Source of the DNA: Vicugna vicugna
Lineage: Eukaryota
Direction of reading: 5' to 3'
Length of the DNA: 64,000 nucleotides
Assembly (NCBI GenBank): GCA_013265495.1
Contig: MU058289.1
Coordinates: 992,001 to 1,056,000, forward strand
The notes under the pieces are model-generated. The model had not been told where the DNA came from. It ran no database searches and worked only from the letters and a program-made list of their open reading frames with translations. A program made the translations under genes and the position numbers. Shown here piece by piece: positions 1-11,079 of this stretch. How positions within the stretch are numbered: position 1 is the stretch's first letter; every line of letters begins with the position of its first letter.

Positions 1-2171
1 TATAGTTTCTACTGAAACAAAATTTTTCTTTCTAAAATCACCCTCATTTCTATCAAAGATAGACAAATTAAGACTAATCTGTTCGCAGAATAAGTCTAAA
101 CTCAATAAAATTGGCCTGATTATTTCACAAGTCCAGCCAGAATAGTGATTGGCCGCACAGGTCCTTAAATCTGCTTTGGTGGAACTTTTCATAAGGAATT
201 TCTAAATTGGACTTTTAATAGCCTCTTGAGGCCAGGAAGTCATGCCAAAGACTTCTCATCAGACTTATCTATAATACCTATAGATTTGGGTGAATTCCTC
301 TCTTCTTGAGGTTCCCCAAATATCCTGAGGTTCCTGCACCCACCAGGAAGTGACCTTCCTTACTCACCTGGTAAGGCTGCTGGGAACCCTGTAAGCAACG
401 TACCAGGCTGCCTTTCCAAGGGGCTAAACTGGTCCATAAAGTCAACCTTAGTTCCTTCTAGCTGTCTGATCATTCCTGAGTCTACATATGTTTCTCTTAT
501 ATATGATATTCCAGTCAAAGCTTTGGTAATATAAGCAGTTTCTAATCGTGTCCTATTATAAAGAGAACAGATTCTTATTGAACTTATGCAAATAACGATG
601 TTGCTAAGAAAATAAGAACACTTACTGAGAGTTTCTGAATTCTGGGGACAGATCAGATAGGGAGAAAAGGATAAATGTTTCCTTTCTGCTTGCAAAGGTA
701 TAATTTACCAAATTGCTGTGAATCTTAAAAAAAATTTCCTTGCATCTGGAAAACAAAAGGTTAAAAAATCAGTAATATTTTAGACAAAAAGTCATAAAAA
801 TTATAATCCTATTCATCAGTTCATTCAATCCCCTGTAATTAATTCTTGTTCTGCTTTGAGTCCATTTCTTCCATTAGTTCTCTTGACCTTGCCTGATGAT
901 TGAGGGTGATATTTACAGTGATAATTCCAAGAAGTCTGCAAGGTTTTTGTTAAGGCTCTTATGATTTGCCCAGTGAGGTAGGCACCTTGATCACTGGAGG
1001 TTGTGGGAAGTATGCCCCAAGTGGAAAACAAATTTTTTAAAAAATGTTTCATTGCCATTTTGAAAGCATCAGCCTTGCACCAAGGGAAGGCTTCAGCCCA
1101 CCCAGAAAACAGACATATAATAACAAGAACATTTTGATGACCCATACTTAGTGGCAGTTGAATGAAGTCCAGCCACCGGTGCTCAAAGCGTCCAGAGAGA
1201 AGATTTTTCTAGGGTAATGGACCTGACAGGTCAGACATTGCTGATAAGCTGTTTTTGTAACTTTATAGAAATCTTCCTGCCAATGTCTAGTTAAATGCAT
1301 CTTAAATGCACAACGGTGAGTGGAGGAACGCAAGAAAAAAAGATGAGGTTTGCTAGGGAGCTGGGTAAACCAAGTGGCCATCTTGCGTTTCCTATAACCC
1401 TGACCATTTGTTTAATTTACTGCTATTGTTTGCCCATTTTAACTTCTCTTATTCAGGAGCAGACTTTTGCCGTGGTTCAAGGACATGAGGATGGCAAACG
1501 TCTGGTAACAAGGGGTCAGTTTCTTTTGCAGAAGCAGAGCAGATTTTATCTCCATGTGCCGCAATCTAGAGACTCTGTTGTTGCTGCTTTTGTGAGAAAG
1601 TCAGGGCACTTCCCTGATACTCCAGCTCAGTTCCTTTAGGGTGAGCCTCCATTTTGATGACAGATAACATTTTATGCCAGGACATAGATGACATCAGGAA
1701 TTTCACATATTTTTTGAAACACTTATAATACATACCTATACAGACACCACATGAAGAAGGCTTAACATGATTTCTTAGTTGACAATGGTTTCCTTGTAAT
1801 TTAACTTATCAAGTACACCTAATTAGTTTAATATCTCTCTTTTTACAAAGAGAGAGAATAAGTCTTTGAGGTACTTCAGGGATCCTCTGAAATCTCTCAT
1901 ATCTCACAGTTATTTCTAAGTCAAAAAGATTTTGTTTAGAATTTGATTTGGGGGAAGTTTGTCAAAAATGTCAAAAAGGTTTTAAAACAGTAGAATAGGT
2001 CACTGTGAAGCAATGCTTAGTTATCCATTTAACCAAAATAACAGTTAAAGACTTCATAGGCAAATAGAGGTTGTATAGTTCTGAGCAAAATTTGGCTCTT
2101 TTAATATCGAGAGGACTAGGTTTACTTAAGTAATCAAAGACCGGATAAGAAAACATAGAACATAAGTGACT

Positions 2172-2248
2172 TTTTTTTTTTAAATTAGGTTTATTTGTTT
2201 ATTTATTTTTAGAGGAGGTACTGGGAATTGAACCCAGGACCTCATGCT
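2172..2248 (-). mobile_element. 5'-truncated camelid-type (Vic-1-like) tRNA-derived SINE
   Basis: The reverse complement reads GCATGAGGTCCTGGGTTCAATTCCCAGTACCTCC...AAATAAACAAATAAACCTAATTT-polyA, including a B-box. It has a perfect 10-bp TSD, ATAAGTGACT, at 2162-2171 and 2249-2258. Confidence 0.8.
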
Positions 2249-5200
2249 ATAAGTGACTCTTGACAAGACAAAAGATCTTTGTTTTTTTCCTAGCACATTA
2301 CTTCAAGATAAAGAAAAGCCTTTCAGAGTCTCTTTATTATCAAGAGCAGACCAATAAGAAATACAGAACAATTTCTTTTAACAGAGAGAAAACCAAATTC
2401 CAATTTTATGCCAGTTTACTTTGATATTAAAACTTATATACTTAATTACATTAATTTCAATCATATTCAGTTCTGACCACACAAAAAATTCCTTTCTGAG
2501 GATTCCTTTTTCACAAACCTTCTATAATTTTCTGTGTCCATTTTAGTTGGTCTTTTGTTTTCTTTTCCATTTAGCAATAACCAGCTTTTGGACAGGATCA
2601 CCTTTTTTTTCCCTTAACAAGAACATCTCCATACCTTATACCTTTTCTTACCCCGAAACACATTCTATCTCTGTTATTGTACCTGGCAGCTTTAACTGCA
2701 TATATTAATTAGATTTATTAACCCTTTGAAATCTTAATTTTTTTTTAGTGAAAATAAAGACATAAACAATTGTGAATTTTATTAACATTTTGTGGCTTGG
2801 CACACTTCAAATACATTTTATAACTTATATGTTGTACTTATAAATACAATAATTACATATAGACACATATGCTACTTCATAGTGCAGTCTTTCAATAAAG
2901 CACAAGATATATTTACCAGAGCCAAAGACTTAATTTCTCTGTAATAAGAGGCCAAAAGAAGGTATAACCTTAGACTTGCTTAGCAATGAATATTTCAGCA
3001 CTTTATCTTATTTGGAAATGGTCTAGATAATGAATGAATTCTTATAATTTAATTTAACTTAGCAAAACTCTAAGGGTATAAATTACTAAAGGGATTTAGG
3101 AAACTATATAAGTGGATATATCATAAAACAATTATTGTTTAAAAGTTCACCTAAAAACTCTGATCACATTTACATCTACTTAATCTATGTGTTTTTAGCA
3201 ATCATATTTAGATTATTCAGGAAAATCTGATGAGACATTAAAGCAGTTAGTCATTATCTTAAGTTTGTTTTGTTTTTTGTTTTTTTGCTGACAAACTTCG
3301 CAACAGAGACAACATTAGCCCATTGACTAGTAAATCCAGGTAGAACAAAAGTGGTTTATCTCCATCATATTTAATGCTAACTCTGAAGACATACCTGTAT
3401 TAATTTAACCAGCTTAAAAGTAGCTCTTATTTACTAAAGATTATCCTAGATTGTGTGAAGTTGAAAAACATTTGGGTTATTTTTTATTATATATTTGAGA
3501 ATTTTTATATAAGTGCTTTTTTATTTAAGCCAATTAAATAGAGCTCTTTTACAAACTAATTTTATCAATACCATCTGGAGGTAATATACACATATAGACA
3601 GATACAACCAGAGATCTCATAATTTTCACTTTAAAACTTTAGTCATAAATCAGGTACAATAAAAAACTCACTAGTTTATGAATAACATTTGAAATAAATT
3701 AGATTATTTGCTCAGCTTAACCAGTCTTGTATTACTGGTTAAGTGGAGAAGACTTTTAAGATCTGTATTTGCCCTTGGAAAGCAATTCAAGGAGGCTGTG
3801 ACTTATTAGAGTCTGAGCAAGTGTCCTTTTATCAGAACTGCTAAAGCCTCTTTCTCTCGCTCTTTTTTTCCCCCTGTAATTTCAGGTTCCCCTGATTGAG
3901 TTAATCCCGGCTCAGTTTCAGGCCATGTGGGCTGTGTTTACACTTCAAAGACATATAATTTATAAGTTGAAGAAACAATTCTGAAAATATAAGTTTTCTC
4001 CTAGGTGTTTTGAAGTATATTTGTCTATTATCATAAATCTTAGGGTAATTATTATTAATTTTTTTTCTTAAGTACAGGACAATTTTGCTCCAATATCCTG
4101 ATCTATTATAATATCTACAAACGTCTTGAGAGAACTGGATGAGGCCTGGAGACTGGCCAAGCCAGGCGGGCTTTGACTTCTTTCTACAGCTGTACTTCTG
4201 GTTTTGTAGAGATTTGCAAGACAAAGACAATTGTTTCTATTAAGCCTTAAATCTTGGCCTCCAGCTGATTCAGTTTCTGATTATTTGTAGGAGGGCCTGG
4301 GGAACTGCTGAGGAGATCGGGTGGTTTTTAAGAAGGAGAATTTTTGTTCAATTTTTGTTTTAAGTCTAATTTCTGGGGTTTTTTACTCCCATCTTAATAT
4401 GGATTCTTTAAGGCTAGTTGTTAAACCTTTTTTTTTCCCTTTTAATTTGATCCTCCTGTGTTTATGAGGAGAGCACTCAAAATATTTTTTCCTTTTAAAT
4501 ATAGCCTATTTAAAGCATCTATCATCTGACCATTGATGTGAAGGATCTTATATTAATTTCATACAGTGACTCAATATATGTTGTGTTACGGCTTAACCAA
4601 AGATGCAAGAGGCATCCCACAAGAAGAATATACAGCCCTCACAAGATCCAGGCAGTTCACCCCCAGAGTTAGTCTAAGACAGTAGAACCCCTTTGTTGCT
4701 GCAGGTGGTGAGAATGGTGTAGTGGAAACAGTGTCCCCGGTGACCCACAAAAATGCGAGACACCTCCAGCCATAAAGCAGATAATTTATGGTATCAGGCA
4801 GGAATGGGACTTTTCCAGCACTAACAATTCAATGAAGGTTGAGATGACAAAGGCCCCTTATGGCCCAGGACTCCTTTTGAAATTCCCCTGAGAGCTGGTA
4901 TGGCCACCAGATGCACCCCGGTCAGTGCACCTTCCAGATGTCAGAGACCAGAGAGAAAGTGCTCACTGGACCCTAAGCCAAGCTCTCTGGACATAAAACA
5001 AGATGGAAGGAAAAACCTCATCTGGTGTTTAGACAGAGGACCCGCAGCAAAGTTTGCCTAAACTGATGCTGGTCTGGAGAGAACCAGTGAGTCCGGGAGG
5101 CCGGCTCAGACAACAGATTCAGGGGGCCTCTGCCTGTGTTCTGCCCCGTGGTTCTTCCTCACAACAAACAACACAGCAGACAGAGACAGGATGACAGTGA

Positions 5201-5454
5201 CCATCTCTGGGAGGAAAATGATAAAGATTCCTGAGTCACTAATCCAGGGAACCAAACAGCTCCACAAATATTTCCTCCTGCTAATCTAGATTTACAGTCA
5301 GAGAAAAGGGACTGTCACCACTCTCCTTTCCGCCAGACCTTGCAGGCAGAGGTCTGGGAGGCCAACTTGGTAAGAAATTTCACCTTCTGCAGCCTTTGTC
5401 AGGGGCCCCGGGATCTCTCAGCAGCCTTGGGGCGGGAGGCAGGGTCCAGCCAGC

Positions 5455-5472
5455 TGCCTGCCTGGCTCACTA
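5455..5472 (-). other. Degenerate primer-binding site matching tRNA-Arg(ACG)
   Basis: Plus-strand GCCTGCCTGGCTCACTA resembles the tRNA-Arg(ACG) 3' end TCCTGGCTGGCTCGCCA (4 mismatches, one a CpG transition). It lies 2 bp from the LTR terminus. Confidence 0.6.
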
Positions 5473-5474
5473 GA

Positions 5475-6356
5475 TGTCAGGAACGGGGAAATTGCCCCTC
5501 TACCTTTATTTTGAGTTCTTGTGGCTGGACTTGTAAGAAAAATTGACACAAGACAGGTTAAAAGGAGAAAAAGAAACACATTTTAACTTATGCACATGGA
5601 AGTCACACAGAAACGGGACCTAAGAGGTTGCCAAAAGCAGGCAGCTTGTATATTTTTAGACAAAGAAACAGTAAATTTGTGAGGAATTAACCGCACAAAG
5701 AAACTTAGGTTTTGGGTGCCCAGTTAGTGAAGAATCTAAACAGAGCTTGGGCTTGGGGTAGTAAATGAAAGAAGTGACGAAGTTTGTTTATAGAGGCTTC
5801 TTGGCCCCGAGTTCCCTGTCTTTGGTGATGAGGGTGTCTTTCTATCCCCAGACTGAGGGAGTGCACCTTTTACATGAGAGACTCATTTCTTGCTTTCAGA
5901 GAGACAGAAAGGAGAGTCAGAGTATCTCTTTTGTGTTGGCCATTTCTTAAGTAACTTTAATTCAAAATCATCAGTATGAGTGGAGGGGCTTCCAGATGGC
6001 GGAACAGAAGGACGCGGAGCTCACCTCCCATGAATACATCAAAAACACACCTGCACGTGGCGCAGTTCTCACAGAACACTTACTGAACTTTGACAGAAGG
6101 GCTCATACCAGTGGAACTACAAGGAAATCTTCCGGAAACTGGATAAGCAACCCAGGGAACTATATTTAATATCTTGTAATAGCCTATAATGAAAATGAGT
6201 ATGAAAAGGACTACGTATCTATGTATAACTGAATCGCTATGTTGTACACCAGAAATTAACACAGCATTGTAAACCAACTATACTTCAATAAAAAAGATAA
6301 TCAGTAACCAATGCCATTGAGGCACATTCTGGCGTGGCCTACCCTGGGCCCCAACA
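5475..6356 (-). mobile_element. 5' LTR of the ERV1 provirus (MER21/MER34-like), interrupted by a short L1
   Basis: TG...CA termini (TGTCAGG at 5475, CCCCAACA ending at 6356), adjacent to the PBS. The minus-strand start TGTTGGGGCCCAGGGTAGGCCAC resembles MER21/34-group LTR starts. Confidence 0.7.
5977..6293 (+). mobile_element. Internally deleted L1 (5' UTR start joined to 3' UTR end)
   Basis: It begins with an L1 5'-end motif (AGATGGCGGAACAGAAGGACGCGGAGCTCACCTCC) and ends with L1 3'-UTR sequence and AATAAAAAA. Imperfect TSD: AAAATCATCAGTA (5964-5976) and AAGATAATCAGTA (6294-6306). Confidence 0.7.
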
Positions 6357-6757
6357 GTGCCATGTGCAGAGCAACGATGTGGCTAGCAACAGTGGGGTTG
6401 CAGTGGTGAGGGCTAGAGTTTGGGGAAGGCGTAGTCCTAAAAGTGCTATGCATGTGGGGAGTGTGTGTGAGCTGCTGGCCCCAGGGCCCTGGTACTGGGG
6501 ATTAAAGGAGAAGACTGAGCCCCTGTTGGTTTGTATCTGGGAGGCATGACGTTGGTGATGTTAAGGGCCCTGCCCTTCAGGCCCAGAGCTTAGCTGGTGT
6601 CTCTCTGCCCACTCCCTGGCATTGCTGTGGGCTGACATAGCAGTCGTATAAGGTGGGGAACCAGGGCCTGGGGTCCTCTCTGAGTCGGGGAGCTGGGGAG
6701 GAGGGTGAACAGGGGATAGACAGGGAGTCCTGAGGAGAGAGGCTGATCATGGAATGA

Positions 6758-6931
<174 letters not shown>

Positions 6932-7429
6932 TGAGCACATCATTTTCGGTCCTCTTTTCTGAAGAGGCAGCTCCTTCCTTCTCACAGCTGGACCATAGGC
7001 CCTGCTTCCTTCCCACTTCCTGGTATATGTTTTTTGGGTTCCAGAGTTGAGCTGTGTGCAGGGTCCCATGCTCTCCCCAGACAGCCCCAACACCTGCTGC
7101 CCTGAAGTCTTACGGGGAAAGGTCCCAGAATGAAGTCTTGCAGTCAGCCCGGCAGGTCCCACCTGACTCGGCCGCTGCCCGCCTGGGTGATTGTCCAGAT
7201 CTATGACAGTTCTATTCGGCTCCTTTCCTTTAGCTAACATTTCCTAATCCTGAACGCCAGGGATTCTAGGCACTAACGTGGTTACCACTTGCCATGACTA
7301 TTGGGATGTTCCCTCCAGACCTCCCTTGTGTGTTACTTCTGTAGTATTTTGTTTTCTTTCCTATGACCCGTTGTGGGGTAGTTCACCTGGGCAAGAGCTG
7401 GCCCCTTACCTGCCCTGTGTTTCCCTTAG

Positions 7430-7552
7430 GACTTACGTCTTTCAGGTCCCACGTAGTGGCCCAGCTGGAGATGGGGGCAGAGCCCTGGGTTCCCGACCAA
7501 GTGGACATGACTTCAGCCATGGCAAGAGGGGCGTATAAAGGGCCTGGCTCGG
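7430..7552 (+). CDS. ZNF792: ZNF792 KRAB-B exon (123 nt)
   Basis: Bounded by ttag| and |gtaag, phase 1. Encodes (G)LTSFRSHVVAQLEMGAEPWVPDQVDMTSAMARGAYKGPGS. Confidence 0.9.
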
Positions 7553-8204
7553 GTAAGTGGGAGGTGGGGGAGAATGTGATGTCACTGCTGTCTTCAAATC
7601 ATACCTGCAACTTTTCTCATGTTCATCATTGTTTTGGTGCCAAGGCCAATGGGCTTTTATCTCTTCTACCTTTCCTTTCCTTTCCTTTCCTGTTCTTGAC
7701 AAGTTGCCCATTCTTACTCTAACACCAGGCCCCAGACTGTGCCCCACATTTCTGGCCTCCACGTCTCACTCTTTCCACAGCTCTCTCCAACGTGGGTCTA
7801 CACTTGGTATGTTGTGACATGTGCACATTTCCTCTGATAGTCCCTGAACACCAGTTATCCAGTTGCAGTCAGATTTTCCTGGGCCTGGATGTACCCTTCT
7901 GCACAGCCCTCATGGGCTACAGCAGCCAGTGCCCTTTGAAAAGCCTTTATAGAGAAGTGAGTTGGAGATCTGCCTTTCCACCTGATACTGCACCCTCGTG
8001 TCCTTGCTCCTGGGAAGTCTCCCTCTATTCTGTGACCTTACCAGGCACAGTACTGTGGAGAAGACCATACCTTATCCTGACCTCAGGCCTCTTATCTTGC
8101 CAACAATCCTACGGACTCATTCTTGGGTCAGACTTGCATTTGTGATGGGGTTGTTTCTGCCTATAAAAATTAACGTGAATTTCACCAGCACTCTCTGCTT
8201 TCAG

Positions 8205-9778
8205 ACTTTTGCCATGGAAGAGACAGTGAGGAGTCACCTTCTGAACTTTGTGTTTCTGTAGAAGTGTCACAGGACATGAATCCCAAGGCAGCACCATCCA
8301 TCCAGAAGCACTACCCCTATGACACGTGTGGCCTACACTTGAAAGACATTTTGCATCTGGCTGAACACCAGGCAACACATCCCAAGCAGAAACCACATGT
8401 ATGTGAGGCATACAGGAAGGAGTTCAAGTTCATTGCCAACCTTCACCAGCAACAGATGCAGCAGAATGGAGACAAGCCTATTGGAAGGAAGGCAGGCAGG
8501 GCCGCGCTTGTGAAGGGCTGCAGCGATGACACATCAAGGAAACCTTTCCCACTGAGGGAGGGCGGGAAGGACTTTGTGGCCAGATGTGGTTTTCTCCAGC
8601 GTCAGGCCCCTCCCAGTGTCTGGGAGCCACACCACAGCTCCGAAGGCGTGGTGGATTTTCCCACTGTGCAATGCCATAAGAAGTGCAGTGAATTTGAGAA
8701 TGCGCTCAGTGACAAACCCTCACTCGTTCAGCAGAGAACCCCCACTGGAGAAAGGCTTTATGAATGCAGCAAATGTGGGATATTCTTCAGCTATGCCGCC
8801 GGCCTCTTTCAACACCAGAGAGATCACAATAGAGGAAAGCCTTATGAGTGTTGCCAGTGTGGGAAATTCTTTAGCCAGCACTCCAGTCTCATCAAGCATC
8901 AGAGAGTTCACACCGGTGAAAGTCCTCACGTGTGCAGCGAATGTGGGAAATTCTTTAGCCGAAGCTCCAATCTCATTCAACACAAGAGGGTTCACACTGG
9001 AGAGAAACCTTATGAGTGCAGTGAGTGTGGGAAATTCTTTAGCCAACGCTCCAACCTCATTCATCATAAGAGGGTTCATACTGGTAAAAGTGCCCATGAG
9101 TGCAGTGAATGTGGGAAATCCTTCAACTGCAACTCCAGCCTAATTAAACACTGGAGAGTTCACACTGGAGAAAAACCTTATAAGTGCAACGAGTGTGGGA
9201 AATTCTTTAGCCACTTTGATGGTCTTGTTCAACATCAGATAGTTCACTCTGGTGAACGGCCCTATGGGTGCAGCGTATGTGGGAAAGCCTTCAGCCGGAG
9301 CTCTGACCTCTTGAAACATCAGCGAGTCCACACTGGTGAACGGCCCTATGAGTGCAATGAATGTGGGAAATTGTTTAGCCAAAGCTCGAGCCTCAATAGC
9401 CATCGGAGACTTCACACTGGTGAACGGCCTTATCAGTGCCCTGAATGCGGGAAATTCTTTAGCCAACGCTCCAGCTTCAATAACCATCGGAGACTTCACA
9501 CGGGTGAGCGGCCCTATGAGTGCCTTGAATGTGGGAAAACCTTCAGGCAAAGTTCAAACCTGAGGCAGCACCAGAAAGTTCACAAACCAGATAAGCCATA
9601 TAAGTGCAGTGAATGTGGAAAAGCCTTCAGCCAAAGGTCTACCCTCATCCGGCATCAGAAAATTCATGCTAGAGAAAGGAGTTCAGAAAATGTGCTCTCT
9701 CCTTCTGCAACACAGCGGCACACACTAGTGATTAGCTCTGAGAATGGTCTTTATGAGGAGTTGTCAGCCAGAAGTTGA
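8205..9778 (+). CDS. ZNF792: ZNF792 terminal exon: spacer plus 11 intact C2H2 fingers
   Basis: The tttcag| acceptor is in frame with ORF 8264-9778. Finger helices include [46 protein letters not shown] and SQSSSLNSH, matching recalled ZNF792. The three exons total 1824 nt (608 codons including the stop). Confidence 0.92.
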
Positions 9779-11079
9779 ACCTTGTTCATCCAAATATCTA
9801 CGCTGAAGAGATTCCCAGTGGATGCTAGATGTGTTGTAAGCTTTCTGGATCAGGGTTTTATTTTCTGACCACAGACTTTGCCAGAGTTTTGTCACTGCTA
9901 GTGTGGTGACAGAAGCCATCTACCCACCGGCAGGTCTCCAGAGTGTATGTCGGCCACTCCCCATGCTCAGGCCTCTGTGTCCACTTCCCAAGAGGGAATG
10001 GTGAGTGGCCTGAGGCCACAGGAAGATGTCATCCCTCCCCTGTGGACATGACCCGTCTTTGACCATGAAGACTTGAACTGGGTCCTACTGGCAGCTTGCA
10101 GAAGTTTCCCTTTTTCGAGGACATTGTTGATCATGTATGATGCTCATGATGGATTCGTCCAGTTTCCACATTACCCATCTCAGCAACTGTTTACATAACA
10201 TTGCTCTGGTTTGAGTGATAATAAGAGCCTTATTGATAAAGCCACCTTTAATCTCCTGTGGTCTGATAACTGTGTTGAGTGGGTTGAAAACAGAATTAAG
10301 GTCTACCAAGCTAAAGGGGTCTCCTAGTTTATTGCCTCAGGGAGGAGCAGGATGACAGAGAACAGCTCTCAGTCCAGATCTGGGCCTCACTTGTGTTGCT
10401 ACCCAAGGCCTCCTAGGGAAGTTTGCAGGGCTTGTGGACCTAATGTTGTTGTCTGAATGGCATGAAATTTTGTGGACTAGAGATTACCCTGAGGAAGGGG
10501 AGGTTGTGCAACCTTCAGTGCATCCGGAAGCAGCGTGATTTGGGCCCTTTGTTTCCTGAAGATGCCTCATATTCCCTAGCACTGTTAAACAGACACTGTT
10601 TACCTGGCTCCTCCCAAGGAATCATATGCCTTGATGTCTAATATCCAGTCTGTGTCACCAACTGTAAGACTTAACTGGGCCCAGCTGGCAAACTGGAGGG
10701 GATGTACCTGACATAAAAGTGCATCTCAAAAGGTTCCCTTAAGTGTGACTGTGCAGGGTTCAGGATTTGCAGAAATTCTCAGGACCTTCAGACCTCTGTC
10801 CTATGACTAAGGTCATTGGGAGAGCAAATAATCTAAAGGTTTAGTGGGTTACCACAGGCTCTCTGCATGATTCATGTCAAAACCATTGCTGTGTTGGCAG
10901 GAAAATGGGGACTATGAAGAGGTCGCTTCTCTGTGCCAGGGATGAGGCATTTGTGGCACACCCAGCCATCTTTGCTGCCAGTGCATGAGGAGAGAGGTAA
11001 TAGAGTCAATGTGGGGTTGCCAAATCTTCTAGTTTTCTAAAAGGAGTGGGAGATCAGATTTTTATGTGTGACAATTTCT

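Larger units (their letters stand above)
1..5474 (-). mobile_element. Degenerate ERV1-class provirus internal region (gag and integrase remnants), antisense in ZNF792 intron 1; continues beyond the window start
   Basis: Minus-strand ORFs 825-1145 and 1148-1381 contain integrase-core motifs (VLVIICLFSGWAEAFP, SSDQG, YHPQSSGKVKRTNG, CLTCQVH). ORF 3901-4230 has a decayed gag zinc-knuckle-like segment (DVCRYYNRSGYWSK). The region abuts a PBS and an LTR at 5455-6356. Confidence 0.8.

Noticed and set aside
8574..9563. Overlapping alternative-frame and antisense ORFs (75-189 aa) on the ZNF792 finger array
   Set aside because: These are expected shadows of periodic C2H2 codon usage, with no independent evidence.
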